Assembly (NCBI GenBank): GCA_038891055.1
Contig: JAWAEU010000005.1
Location: 19,330 to 83,329 of the forward strand
Reading direction: 5' to 3'
Source: Candidatus Anstonellaceae archaeon
Lineage (GTDB): Archaea; Micrarchaeota; Micrarchaeia; Anstonellales; Anstonellaceae
Length of the DNA: 64,000 nucleotides
Shown: positions 29,537-39,249 of the stretch, piece after piece
Layout: each line of letters starts with the position of its first letter
Numbering within the stretch: the stretch's first letter is position 1
Made by a program: the position numbers and the translations under genes
Notes under the pieces: model-generated
Databases searched by the model: none
The model's input: only the letters and a program-made list of their open reading frames with translations
What the model was told of the DNA's origin: nothing

Positions 29537-30400
29537 ATGAAAAAGATATTTTACTTATTTTTAATTTTATATTTATCCATAGGGATATATTTTTCAGCTA
29601 GTTATACTGATGTTTGTGAAGATGGTACTAAATACTGGCAATGTTCAAAAACCAAACCAGGTTATGCTTGTCTGCCAGATTATTCGTCTGGTAGTTCACA
29701 ACTTAAACTTCAAAATGACCTGCAAACAAAATTGGTAAAAGATATCAAAACAGGTGCTCATCTATGTGCCTGTGAAAACTTTCCAGGTTATGTAGAAAAG
29801 AACGGCGAGTGTGTAAAAAGCTCTTGTCAGTATAAAGGAGTGGAATTTCCAAATGGAAAATGTTTGGACGAAAAACCAAAAAGGTGTGTGGATGGTTCAA
29901 TAGTGGATGATCCTCTCAATTGTGGTTGCCCTATTGGAAAAGAAATTTCCCCAGATAAAAAATCTTGTCAAAATAAAGTTGGATGTAGATGGGGTACTGT
30001 TATTTGTCAAACTGGTTATAAATGCGAATATGTAGAATCTGACCCAAACGATGATGGAAAATGCACTGCTCTAAGTGGTTGTGCTCCAATAATTCCTCCA
30101 GAAAAAAGAGTTAGCTGTACTTCATTAGAATATTGTGACACGTCAGTGGATCCAAAAGGGGTATGCGTAACTAAAAAAGGCTGCCAATACTCCAATCCAC
30201 CTTGTGCAGAGGGAGAGATATGCGATAAAGAAAGCGGAGTATGTAAAAAAGCTAATTTAGTTCTACCTCTCTCTAGCGGCTCATCAAATTCTTCAAACCA
30301 AAAAGGTTTTTCCTTTTCAAATCTCTCTTGCTGTTGCCTACCTACGGCTGGATTTATGGCAATAATATTTTTAAGCCTCAGAAATAAAAATAAAATCTAG
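29537..30400 (+). CDS. secreted cysteine-rich repeat protein with PGF-CTERM-like C-terminal sorting signal
   Basis: 287 aa. Signal peptide, about 34 Cys in repeated C-x(n)-C modules, Ser-rich linker 'SSGSSNSSNQ', then 'LPTAGFMAIIFLSLRNKNKI' (P-x-x-G-F + TM + basic tail), resembling archaeosortase PGF-CTERM signals. Confidence 0.5.
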   Translation: MKKIFYLFLILYLSIGIYFSASYTDVCEDGTKYWQCSKTKPGYACLPDYSSGSSQLKLQNDLQTKLVKDIKTGAHLCACENFPGYVEKNGECVKSSCQYKGVEFPNGKCLDEKPKRCVDGSIVDDPLNCGCPIGKEISPDKKSCQNKVGCRWGTVICQTGYKCEYVESDPNDDGKCTALSGCAPIIPPEKRVSCTSLEYCDTSVDPKGVCVTKKGCQYSNPPCAEGEICDKESGVCKKANLVLPLSSGSSNSSNQKGFSFSNLSCCCLPTAGFMAIIFLSLRNKNKI

Positions 30401-30435
30401 TTTTACTTTTTACTTTTTATTTTTTTGTTTTTTAT

Positions 30436-33126
30436 TTAACTTCTTTTTCCCCTAGCTATTTTGCTGTCTCCTCCACCTTTCACTCCAAGTTGATTGAGAA
30501 GCTCCACTGCATTTAGGTTGCTATCTTGAGAGAGAGCTATTACTACAAATCCTTCTTTATTTTCCACTATTGCATCAAATCCTTTTTGGGCAATTTTTTT
30601 TGCAACATTGTCTGCAACCTTTTGTTCTATATCTAGTTTTAGTTCAATTTTTTTAGAATTTTTTGCTATTGCGCTTTGAATCTCCTTCTCTATTATTAAA
30701 TCCAAATATTTTTCTTGCCAATACTCAAGCTCTTTTCCTCTCTTTTTCCACTCAGAAATTATTTTATCTAAGTTTTTGGTTATACTCTCTTCTTGAGAAT
30801 AGAGTTTTTCTTGCACTTCTTTTAGCACTCGTTGCTGTTTTTGAATATGTTCTACTGCTGCTAAATAGCATTTAAAAATTACTCGCTCCACCCCTTCCTG
30901 AATAGATTCTTTTTTTACAATTTTAAACAAGCCAGCTTCTCCAGTATAATCCAAATGAGTGCCACCACAAGCCTGGTGATCCACTCCATCCTCAAAAACA
31001 TTTGGGGCAATTCTTCTTAGTTTTTTTTGTGGATCTAAAATAGATACTATCCTAAGCTCCTTACCAGGTACAGCTCCTCCTTGATAAATTCTAAATCCAA
31101 ATTTGGCTTCTGCTTCATCTCGCGGATAAATTTTCTTTTCTATAGGTAAATTTGTGGCAATTATCTCGTTTGTCCTCAATTCTATTTTTTCTAATTCTTC
31201 CGGAGTTATCTTTTTATAATGTGTAAGGTCTAAATGAGCTTTAAATTCATCCTTGTATGCTCCACATTGCCATACATGAGGTCCCAAAATTTCCCTAGCA
31301 GCAACATTTAGTATATGTGCTCCAGTATGATGAGCCATGATCTGTCTTCTTCGCTGCGCATCTATTTTTCCCCTTACAATTTTTCCAACTTCTATTCCTT
31401 CTAAGTTTTCTAGTTTATGGAGTATAACTCCAGCTTCTTTTCTTACTTCTAAAACTCTTTTTCCTTCTATTGTCCCATCATCTGAAACTTGTCCTCCAGA
31501 TTCTGGATAAAAAGCAGTCTGGTCTAATATTACCCAATTATCTTTTACTGCTAAAACTTTTGCCTCGAATTCTATTTGATTATTATAGCAAAGCATGAGT
31601 GTTTTTTCTATTCCCATCACATCTATTGTTTGAATTTTTGTTTCTTCTTCGTCAGTTTTTCTTATCTTTGCATAGAAGTCTGGTGGTACCTTTATTTCTA
31701 TTCCTTGCTCTTTTGCAACTGCTTCAACTGTCTCAGGAGGTATTCCATCAGAAATATATAAGGTAATTAAGTCTTCTAAGGTAATCTGTCTATTTGTTTT
31801 GTTTGCAGTATTGATAATTCTATTAACCTTTTGTAAAGCTTGCTTTTTGCTTTTTCTATATTTTTGTAATTCCTCTCCTATCACTTCTATAGTTGTATTT
31901 ACTCCTTCCTCTAAATGGGGGAAGAGCTCTTCTAAATTTTTAGCATGCCCCTCTACAATTGCACCAAAGTCCAAATTCCATTCATATTCTTCGTTAAAAC
32001 CAAAAGCTCTTCTTAAAATCAATCTTAAATTATATCCTCCACCTGCATTAGATGGAAGTTGCCCGTCAGTTATTGTATGTAATAACGTATTTATATGATC
32101 TGCAGTTGCATATAATGAAAAAAGCTCCTTTAGTTGAGAAAATAATTCCACTTCCTCCATTCCTAAAGTTTTTGCGATATATTTTTTTTGTTCGTCTAAT
32201 GTTCTGCCCTCTTCTATATCTATACTTCCAGAGAGTTTGGCATATTCTAAAAATATTTTTTGGTCTATTTTTATAGCAGCCTGTTCTTTCATCTTTTTTA
32301 TCACTTCTCCAAACACTAGCTCATAAGAAGTTGGGCTATTGTTTGTAATCCAGCAGAGCCTTGACAATCCAGCACCCATGTCAATTACTTTTGTTTTTAA
32401 TTCTCGATATGTTCCATCAGGCATTATTTCATATTGCATGAAAACACAATTACCTAATTCTAGTCCATCGCAAAAATATTCCATAGAAGGACCAAAATTA
32501 CCTCCACCCATCCAAACATCTTCTTTGAAAGTTATTTTTTCTTGGTCTATTCCAAGCTCCTTTAGATATTTAATATCGTGCTCTATTGCCTCTTCTTTCC
32601 AATAAAACAATCCTGTTTTTTGAGTGTTAAACGCATGCTGCCCAACCATTACAAAATTAGTATAATGCCTTCCAGTGACTCCAACATTACTTAAATCCCC
32701 AAATCTTATACATGGCTGAGGGATAATAAGGGGATTTGCAGGTGGTTCAATCTCCCCACTAACAACATAGGGCTGAAATCCGCCAATAGAAGCAATATTA
32801 AAATAAATATCATCTCTCCATCTTGCTACGGTCGGATATGGTTTTACTTTTTTATGCCCATTTTCTGTAAAATATTTTTCTATTTTTTTCCAAGTTTGTA
32901 TATAACTCAAACTCTCTTTTGTTGGCGGATTTCCAATAAATCTATATCCTACACACGAAGAGTCTTGACAATAGTCCATCTCAGCTTTTGCCCAAAAATA
33001 TTTCTGACATTTTTTACATTTTTGTCTTCTAAAGCCATATTTTTTTAATACTTCTAATTCGTAATGTTTTTGATATTCTTTTTGAAACAGTTCAAAAAGT
33101 TCTTTTTTGTCTGCCATTTTAATCAC
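30436..33126 (-). CDS. alaS: alanine--tRNA ligase
   Basis: 896 aa. Archaeal-type AlaRS N-terminus (Zn finger 'CKKCQK...C'), editing-domain 'HTGAHIL' and 'CGGTH' motifs. Confidence 0.9.
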   Translation of the reverse strand: MIKMADKKELFELFQKEYQKHYELEVLKKYGFRRQKCKKCQKYFWAKAEMDYCQDSSCVGYRFIGNPPTKESLSYIQTWKKIEKYFTENGHKKVKPYPTVARWRDDIYFNIASIGGFQPYVVSGEIEPPANPLIIPQPCIRFGDLSNVGVTGRHYTNFVMVGQHAFNTQKTGLFYWKEEAIEHDIKYLKELGIDQEKITFKEDVWMGGGNFGPSMEYFCDGLELGNCVFMQYEIMPDGTYRELKTKVIDMGAGLSRLCWITNNSPTSYELVFGEVIKKMKEQAAIKIDQKIFLEYAKLSGSIDIEEGRTLDEQKKYIAKTLGMEEVELFSQLKELFSLYATADHINTLLHTITDGQLPSNAGGGYNLRLILRRAFGFNEEYEWNLDFGAIVEGHAKNLEELFPHLEEGVNTTIEVIGEELQKYRKSKKQALQKVNRIINTANKTNRQITLEDLITLYISDGIPPETVEAVAKEQGIEIKVPPDFYAKIRKTDEEETKIQTIDVMGIEKTLMLCYNNQIEFEAKVLAVKDNWVILDQTAFYPESGGQVSDDGTIEGKRVLEVRKEAGVILHKLENLEGIEVGKIVRGKIDAQRRRQIMAHHTGAHILNVAAREILGPHVWQCGAYKDEFKAHLDLTHYKKITPEELEKIELRTNEIIATNLPIEKKIYPRDEAEAKFGFRIYQGGAVPGKELRIVSILDPQKKLRRIAPNVFEDGVDHQACGGTHLDYTGEAGLFKIVKKESIQEGVERVIFKCYLAAVEHIQKQQRVLKEVQEKLYSQEESITKNLDKIISEWKKRGKELEYWQEKYLDLIIEKEIQSAIAKNSKKIELKLDIEQKVADNVAKKIAQKGFDAIVENKEGFVVIALSQDSNLNAVELLNQLGVKGGGDSKIARGKRS

Positions 33127-33172
33127 ATATAATTTTGATTTTTAATATTTATAATTTAAATTTTACTCCCAG

Positions 33173-33245
33173 TGGGCCTGCCCGGATTTGAACCGGGAAT
33201 CTTTCGCCTGTGAAGCGAACGTGTTAGCCCTTCCACCACAGGCCC
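33173..33245 (-). tRNA. tRNA-Val (anticodon CAC)
   Basis: 73 nt on the minus strand: acceptor GGGCCTG/CAGGCCC, anticodon stem TTCGC/GCGAA, loop TTCACAG, T-arm CCCGG-TTCAAAT-CCGGG, discriminator A. Confidence 0.85.
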
Positions 33246-33346
33246 ACTTTAAAATCAATTTAAATTTATAAGTTGATTAAATAAAACTTAAAATATTTAT
33301 CAAATATTTAGATTTTTAAATATTTAAATTCATTCTTTATTATATT

Positions 33347-33421
33347 GCTCCCATCGTCTAGCCCGGTCAAGGACGTAGCCCTCTCAAGGCTAAAACACGG
33401 GTTCAAATCCCGTTGGGAGCG
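33347..33421 (+). tRNA. tRNA-Glu (anticodon CTC)
   Basis: 75 nt: acceptor GCTCCCA/TGGGAGC, D-arm GTCT...GGAC, anticodon stem TAGCC/GGCTA, loop CTCTCAA, T-arm ACGGG-TTCAAAT-CCCGT, discriminator G. Confidence 0.85.
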
Positions 33422-33453
33422 TATTTTTAATTTTTAATCCTCATAATTAATTT

Positions 33454-34278
33454 ATGGCAATTAAAATAAAAATTGTAGGTGAAATTCAAAAAGCAGAAAA
33501 TCAAAATTCTTTTCAACTAACTAAAAAAATCGAAGCAGAGGAAAATCCATTTAAAAAAACTCCTCCTCTTGTTGCAAAAAAAAGTTCTATCTCAAAATTT
33601 TTGTTATTAAATTTATATAATTTAAAGTTTGATATAGAAAAAGTTTTGATAGAGGGTTATATAAATAAAGATTTCAATTTAACGGAGGGGGTGGACAAAA
33701 AATTTTTGCTTTCTTATCTTTACGAAAAAATGGATAGCTCAAATTATTTCAATACTTCTCTTGAGCCCCTAAAAAAATCAACTTTTGAATATAAGCATTG
33801 TGGTTTTTCAAAACTTTTAGCAGAGTTTTTATCAAGCCAAGAGGGCCGCAATTTTCTTTTATCTCTGAGGCATTTTGTTCTTTCCAAACCAACTATAAAA
33901 AGATTGAGAGAAATTAAATTACCTATGGGTAGAAAAAGCCTTGAGTCTTTAGATAATTCAATCTTTTTAGTGCCAAAAAGAGCAGAAGTTATTTCCAATA
34001 GCTATAGTTTTGTTTTTAGAGAAGGGGAAAAACACAAACTTTCTTTTAATTTTGAAATCTCCTTTTTTTCAAGTGGTAAACATAAAAAGATTTCCCTCTT
34101 ATCTGCAGAAGGAGAAAAAAATATTTATAGCTTTAGAGAAGGCGGTTATACTAATAACAAAGTCTTAATTAGAGAAGAAAAATTTGGCTGGCAAGCTTTT
34201 AGAATATCTCCAAGATTTGTAGATGGTATTTTGCATTTAGATATTTTTGAGCTTCAAATCCATTTTCCAACCAGCTAA
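33454..34278 (+). CDS. hypothetical protein
   Basis: 274 aa with no recognisable motif, located between the tRNA pair and aspS. Confidence 0.4.
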   Translation: MAIKIKIVGEIQKAENQNSFQLTKKIEAEENPFKKTPPLVAKKSSISKFLLLNLYNLKFDIEKVLIEGYINKDFNLTEGVDKKFLLSYLYEKMDSSNYFNTSLEPLKKSTFEYKHCGFSKLLAEFLSSQEGRNFLLSLRHFVLSKPTIKRLREIKLPMGRKSLESLDNSIFLVPKRAEVISNSYSFVFREGEKHKLSFNFEISFFSSGKHKKISLLSAEGEKNIYSFREGGYTNNKVLIREEKFGWQAFRISPRFVDGILHLDIFELQIHFPTS

Positions 34279-34296
34279 CTTTTAAATTAGTAAATT

Positions 34297-35595
34297 TTAT
34301 GGAGTAGTTCTTGTTCTATCCCTAGGAAATAGGCTGGCTTCTCTTATATTTTTTAAATTACATATCTTCATTGTAAGCCTTTCAAGCCCTATTGACCACC
34401 CGGAGTGTGGTGGTGCTCCTATTCTAAATGCATCAATATAAAATTTGAAATTTTCAGGATTTTGACCTTTCTTTTTAAGCTGCTTTATTAATAATTCAGG
34501 AAGATGTATTCTCTGTGCACCTGAAGAAATTTCCAGCCCTCTATATATCAAATCATAAGCTTTACAAATTTCTTCATTGTTTTCTTCAGGCATAGAATAA
34601 AAAGCTCTTATAGAAGTTGGCCACTTGTTTATAACATAAGCTTCTTTTTTTATTATCTGTTGCATTTTTTTCTCGTGCTCTCTACTAAAATCTTCTCCCC
34701 ACTCTATTTTCACATCATGAGATTTTAATTTTTCAATTATTTGAGTGTAGCTATATGTGGGGATGCTGTCTATTATTTTTAAGTCGGCTTGTAAAATTTC
34801 AAGTTCTTTTTGACATTTCTCTTTTACCTCAACAATTATTTGCATAAATGTTTCTTTTAAAAGCTCTATTGCTTCTTCTTCTTCGCAAAATCCAATCTCG
34901 CAATCCATTTGTATTATTTCATTTAAATGCTCTAAGGTGTTGTGTTTTTCTGCCCTAAATACTGGAGTAGTCATAAAGACTTTATCCATTCCTCCAATCA
35001 CTGCCAATTGTTTGTAGAGTTGTGGGGATTGTGCCAAATAGGCCTTTTTTTCAAAATATTGTACTTCAAATAGCTCTGTACCTCCCTCAGTGGCTGCTGA
35101 TACTATTGAAGGCGGATGGATCTCGTCAAATCCCTTTTGTAGCAAAAAATTCCTAAAAGCATTTATGGCAATAGATTTTATTTTAAATATGCTATATGTA
35201 GTTGGCCTTCTTAAATCAGCATATCTAAAATCAAGCCTGCTATCTAATTCAGCAGGTACCTTTCCTGTTAGTTCAAATGGTACCTTAGCACTCAATTCAT
35301 TCAATATCTCAACGTCTATTAATTCTATCTCATATCCAAGCTTAGCTATTGATGATTTTTTTACAATTCCTTTTATTGCAAGTACGGTCTCTTTTGGTTT
35401 GTCGATTTTTTCAAAAACATCTGGGGGTGTTGTTTGTCTTTTTGCAATTACCTGTGCAATTCCTGTTTTATCTCGTATTTGCAAAAATCTTATCTTTCCA
35501 ATATCTCTTATTTCATGTAACCATCCAACAATTACTACCTCTTGATTTTCTTTTTTAAAAATATCTTTAATATATTCTGTTCTCTTTAGCCTCAT
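34297..35595 (-). CDS. aspS: aspartate--tRNA ligase, archaeal type (AsnRS not excluded)
   Basis: 432 aa class-IIb aaRS. N-terminal OB fold, motif 2 'FRAEKHNTLEHLNE', motif 3 'GAPPHSGWSIGLERL'. Confidence 0.75.
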   Translation of the reverse strand: MRLKRTEYIKDIFKKENQEVVIVGWLHEIRDIGKIRFLQIRDKTGIAQVIAKRQTTPPDVFEKIDKPKETVLAIKGIVKKSSIAKLGYEIELIDVEILNELSAKVPFELTGKVPAELDSRLDFRYADLRRPTTYSIFKIKSIAINAFRNFLLQKGFDEIHPPSIVSAATEGGTELFEVQYFEKKAYLAQSPQLYKQLAVIGGMDKVFMTTPVFRAEKHNTLEHLNEIIQMDCEIGFCEEEEAIELLKETFMQIIVEVKEKCQKELEILQADLKIIDSIPTYSYTQIIEKLKSHDVKIEWGEDFSREHEKKMQQIIKKEAYVINKWPTSIRAFYSMPEENNEEICKAYDLIYRGLEISSGAQRIHLPELLIKQLKKKGQNPENFKFYIDAFRIGAPPHSGWSIGLERLTMKICNLKNIREASLFPRDRTRTTP

Positions 35596-35608
35596 ATTTT
35601 CCCTCGTT

Positions 35609-36112
35609 TTATTGATAAATTATTTCCACTTCTCTTTTTAACCATTTTGTAAGGATTTTCTTTAGAGTTTCTTCTTCCAAATATAGTGTTTGACCAGCTT
35701 TTTTTTCTAGAATTAGCTTTGCTTTTTCTTCTCCATTTTTAAAATAAGTGTTTATTCCAATAAATTTTATTGGAAAAACTATATCTGAGATTTTTTCTTT
35801 TATATTTGGGGTATTTCTAATAATCCTCACTTTCTTTTGAAGTGCAGAAGAGATCAAAGAGATTACCTTGCCCTTTTTTCCAATAAGTAAACCAGGGGTA
35901 GAACTCTCAACAATTACAACTCCTTCTATTTCATATGCTTTTGAAAATTCAGAAGCAGAAATATTGTAATTTTCATTTATTTTATACAAAATTTTTGCAA
36001 TTTCTACTTCTAGAGGAGAAATCTCCCCATCTGTAAGTTTTTTTGCACAAGTTTTACAAAGTTTTTCTGAAAATGCACAACCCTTACAGATGGGGGTCCT
36101 CATATTTTTCAC
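35609..36112 (-). CDS. zinc-ribbon + KH-domain RNA-binding protein
   Basis: 167 aa. N-terminal 'CKGCAFSEKLCKTC', then KH GxxG loop 'GLLIGKKGKVISLI'. Confidence 0.5.
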   Translation of the reverse strand: MKNMRTPICKGCAFSEKLCKTCAKKLTDGEISPLEVEIAKILYKINENYNISASEFSKAYEIEGVVIVESSTPGLLIGKKGKVISLISSALQKKVRIIRNTPNIKEKISDIVFPIKFIGINTYFKNGEEKAKLILEKKAGQTLYLEEETLKKILTKWLKREVEIIYQ

Positions 36113-36138
36113 CTATTTCTGAGAGGTCCCATCTGTGT

Positions 36139-36459
36139 TTATTTTTCTAAAACTATCTCAATCGAAGAAACTTTTGATTTTGAGCCATCTTCGTTTTGGA
36201 CCTCTTCAGTCATAATCTCAATATTTTTTACCTTTATATTTTGCAAAAATCTTCCTCTTGTGATCTCAACAACATCTACTGCCTTTGAGATCAGTTTTCC
36301 TCTGGCTTTTATTTTTACTGTCTTTACCCCACTATTAAATTGGGTCACTACTGCCAGAACATATCCCATGGTACTTTTCTTTCCGATGAAGACAGTATTT
36401 TCATCGGCTTTTTGTTCTTGCACTTTTTTTTGTTCTGTAGTTTCTCCCATTTTTTTCAC
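36139..36459 (-). CDS. albA: chromatin/RNA-binding protein Alba
   Basis: 106 aa. 'VFIGKKSTMGYVLAVVTQF...VKIKARGKLISKAVDVVEI' matches the Alba fold signature. Confidence 0.85.
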   Translation of the reverse strand: MKKMGETTEQKKVQEQKADENTVFIGKKSTMGYVLAVVTQFNSGVKTVKIKARGKLISKAVDVVEITRGRFLQNIKVKNIEIMTEEVQNEDGSKSKVSSIEIVLEK

Positions 36460-36489
36460 CTCTCTGAATCTATTAGTAGAATTATTGTA

Positions 36490-37368
36490 TTAATGCTCTT
36501 TTCTATATTCCTCTACTATTTTCATTAATATATTTATGTCTAATTCTTTTAAATCATTACTATGAGTGTTCTCCTCTTTTTTTTGTATTACTTCTTTTTT
36601 TTGCTTTTGTTTTGGATTTGTTTTTTTAAGTTTTAGTATTTGTATTATTCTTTTTAGTGTATTTATCTTTGTTTTAAGTCTTACTATTTCTCTATCTTTT
36701 AGAATTTTTTGATAGTTTTCATTTTTTAATTTTTTTATTTCATTATTTGCTTGTAGAAGTTGCTGCTCTAAAACAACTATTCTTTTTTTTAGCTCTACAT
36801 TTTCCTTTTCTATTTTTTTATCTATTGTTTTATATTTAAGTTCAATTTTTTGTGGCTGGGTTTTTTGTTGCTGGATTTGCTGGGGCTGTTGATTTTTATT
36901 TTTTATCATTTCAATGGCAGATTCTGTTCTATACCCTTGAAGTACTAAATAGGCAACTTCTTCTTTTTCTTCTATATCTAAACTTAAAATATTTCTAATT
37001 ACATTTTGGTATTCTCTATATGCTACTATTGCTGCAAAAATTGCATCTCTCTCATGCACAGTTTTACAAATTTTTTTATTTTCTTTTTTTTCATATTCTC
37101 TTGTTATTTTCCATTTCTGCTCTTCTCTAAAAATATTTTTTGGCACATACAATTTTGAATTAAAATAAGATGCCAGTCTTATTACAAATTGGGGTGCAGG
37201 ATTTACATCTGAAGCTATAATCGCAGGCTTTCCAACTTGTTGTATTTTTTTTATACTGTCTTCAATCGAGCCTACTATTGTAATTGTTTCTTCTATTTTT
37301 CCATTTAAGTTTAAAAAAGCAATTCCAATATTATTGCCAGGATCCACACCTACAATATAATACTTCAA
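36490..37368 (-). CDS. DUF460/COG2433-like protein (RNase-H-fold N-domain + coiled coil)
   Basis: 292 aa. N-terminal 'YIVGVDPGNNIGIAFL' (RuvC/YqgF-like fold), Gln-rich linker, and a long heptad-like C-terminus. Confidence 0.45.
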   Translation of the reverse strand: MKYYIVGVDPGNNIGIAFLNLNGKIEETITIVGSIEDSIKKIQQVGKPAIIASDVNPAPQFVIRLASYFNSKLYVPKNIFREEQKWKITREYEKKENKKICKTVHERDAIFAAIVAYREYQNVIRNILSLDIEEKEEVAYLVLQGYRTESAIEMIKNKNQQPQQIQQQKTQPQKIELKYKTIDKKIEKENVELKKRIVVLEQQLLQANNEIKKLKNENYQKILKDREIVRLKTKINTLKRIIQILKLKKTNPKQKQKKEVIQKKEENTHSNDLKELDINILMKIVEEYRKEH

Positions 37369-38624
37369 TCTGCTTCACCCATTTTTTTATAAACGAGTTT
37401 TTGTTCTAATTCTACGTAAGTATTTGGTTTAATATTTTCTTTTATAACCACGCCAGCACCTATCCAGCAATTGTTTCCTATCATTTTTCCAGGCATAATA
37501 GAACTTAGCACCCCTGTTTTTACTCTATCTCCTATTATAGCTCCAAGTTTTGTTCTTTTTGTATCAATAGTTATTTCATTTACCTTAGCCTTTATTGGAT
37601 TTTCATCAAATCTAAAATTTGCAATTTGTGTTCCTGCTCCAAAATTGCAATCCTCTCCAATTATCGAATCTCCAATATATGTTAGATGCTTGGCATTCAC
37701 CCTATCAAATATTATAGAGTTTTTTATAGTTGTAGAATCCCCTATAGAACAATCTTCACCAATAGTGGTTTCTCCTCTGATGTAGGCATGTGGGCCTATT
37801 ACACTTCCTTTTGCAATAAATACATTTCCTTCAATATAAGAATCAATTACTTTAGCTCCTTTTTGTATTATTGCTTTTCCTTTTATAGTGGTATTCTCTA
37901 CTTCTCCTTCTATGCTTTGTGCTAAATTCTCTAATATAAATTTAGTCGCATCAAATAATTGCCAAGGCAAACCAATATCCATCCAATACTCTTCGCTTAT
38001 CACTGCCTTTGCCTCTGTAAATTTAAATAAATCTGTTATTTCGTATTCTCCCCTGGGGGATTTTTTTATTTTTTCTATAAGTTCAAATATCTCTGGCTCA
38101 AAGCAATATATAGAACAATTTACATAAGCATTTTCCACAGGCTTAGTTGGTTTTTCTTCAAAACTTTCTACATAATTGTTTTTTATCGTTGCAAATCCAT
38201 AATTTTCAGGATTTTCAACTTTTTTTAAAATCAAACTCATCTTTCCTTCATGCTCTTCTTCTAATTTTTTTAGAGTTAGAGGTGTAGTGATTATATCTGC
38301 AGCCACTGCAAAAAAAGTTTTATCTATTCTATCTTTCAGCTGCAAAACTGCAGCTGCAGTGCCATACTTTTCTCCTTGCTCAACAAATTCTATTTCTACT
38401 TCTCTATTTTCTTTTATTTTTTCAAAATATTGTATTATTTTTTCTTTTTTGTATTTTACTACAATGTATATTTTTTTAACCCCAACTTTTTCTAAATTCT
38501 CTATATTATATTCTAATAGTGGCTTTCCGACTATTTTTATCATTGCTTTTGGTCGAGTATTAGTTAGGGGGCGCAATCTGGTACCAATTCCACCAGCCAT
38601 CAATATAGCTTCTTTTACTGTCAT
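37365..38624 (-). CDS. bifunctional sugar-1-phosphate nucleotidyltransferase / acyltransferase (GlmU-like: NTP-transferase + left-handed beta-helix)
   Basis: 419 aa. N-terminal 'LMAGGIGTRLRPLT', C-terminal hexapeptide repeats (I/V-G-x-x-x-x). Confidence 0.75.
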   Translation of the reverse strand: MTVKEAILMAGGIGTRLRPLTNTRPKAMIKIVGKPLLEYNIENLEKVGVKKIYIVVKYKKEKIIQYFEKIKENREVEIEFVEQGEKYGTAAAVLQLKDRIDKTFFAVAADIITTPLTLKKLEEEHEGKMSLILKKVENPENYGFATIKNNYVESFEEKPTKPVENAYVNCSIYCFEPEIFELIEKIKKSPRGEYEITDLFKFTEAKAVISEEYWMDIGLPWQLFDATKFILENLAQSIEGEVENTTIKGKAIIQKGAKVIDSYIEGNVFIAKGSVIGPHAYIRGETTIGEDCSIGDSTTIKNSIIFDRVNAKHLTYIGDSIIGEDCNFGAGTQIANFRFDENPIKAKVNEITIDTKRTKLGAIIGDRVKTGVLSSIMPGKMIGNNCWIGAGVVIKENIKPNTYVELEQKLVYKKMGEAD

Positions 38625-38716
38625 ATTAAATCTTTAAAAATTTAGATATATATTTATTGCTGTTATCCTCCGTCCAATTTTTGGCTCAACTTCTCATTCT
38701 TATTTATATTTTTATA

Positions 38717-38789
38717 CGCCTCAGAGCGGGCTCGAACCGCTGACCTGCCGGTTAACAGCCGGCCGCTCTACCTACTGAGCTACTGAGGC
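38717..38789 (-). tRNA. tRNA-Asn (anticodon GTT)
   Basis: 73 nt: acceptor GCCTCAG/CTGAGGC, D-arm GCTC-AGTAGGTA-GAGC, anticodon stem GCCGG/CCGGC, loop CTGTTAA, T-arm AGCGG-TTCGAGC-CCGCT, discriminator G. Confidence 0.85.
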
Positions 38790-38888
38790 TCAAACTCAAC
38801 TTCTTTTTTGCTTTATATAATTTAATAGTAGGTTGTTTTTTTAAACTCTACTCTCCCCAAATCAGTTTATGTGTTTAATTATTTTAAA

Positions 38889-39149
38889 TTAAATTTTATT
38901 TTTTTTGTTTTGGGTATGTTTCATTTTATTTATTAGCATTCCAATCTTTGCAAGTCTTACAATTCTTTCTGCTGCTCTTTCAATTTCTTTTCTTGTCTTT
39001 CTAAATTCATAAACAAAATCAGAATAAAATTTTGGATTTATTAAATAAGTTTTTTCAATTTTTGTTTCTATCATTGGCTCAAGGGATAGTTTTTTTATTT
39101 TTTCTTCTTGGCTTTTGTTTTCTAACTCTATTTTATTTTCAATCTTCAT
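38889..39149 (-). CDS. small hypothetical protein
   Basis: 86 aa Lys/Glu-rich ORF; no motif recognised. May be spurious. Confidence 0.25.
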   Translation of the reverse strand: MKIENKIELENKSQEEKIKKLSLEPMIETKIEKTYLINPKFYSDFVYEFRKTRKEIERAAERIVRLAKIGMLINKMKHTQNKKNKI

Positions 39150-39249
39150 TTTTTATCATCCTCCAACTTTCTCTGGTCGCCAAATTTATTTTTTTTAATT
39201 TTAATTTAATTAAAATGATTAAATTTAAAAACATTCATTTTTATTTTTT

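Noticed and set aside
31576-32605. Several 60-100-aa plus-strand ORFs
   Set aside because: All antisense inside alaS. Spurious.
35090-35545. 151-aa plus-strand ORF (and 35349-35558)
   Set aside because: Lies entirely antisense within the well-supported aspS gene and is low-complexity and hydrophobic. This is the typical shadow ORF of an AT-rich genome.
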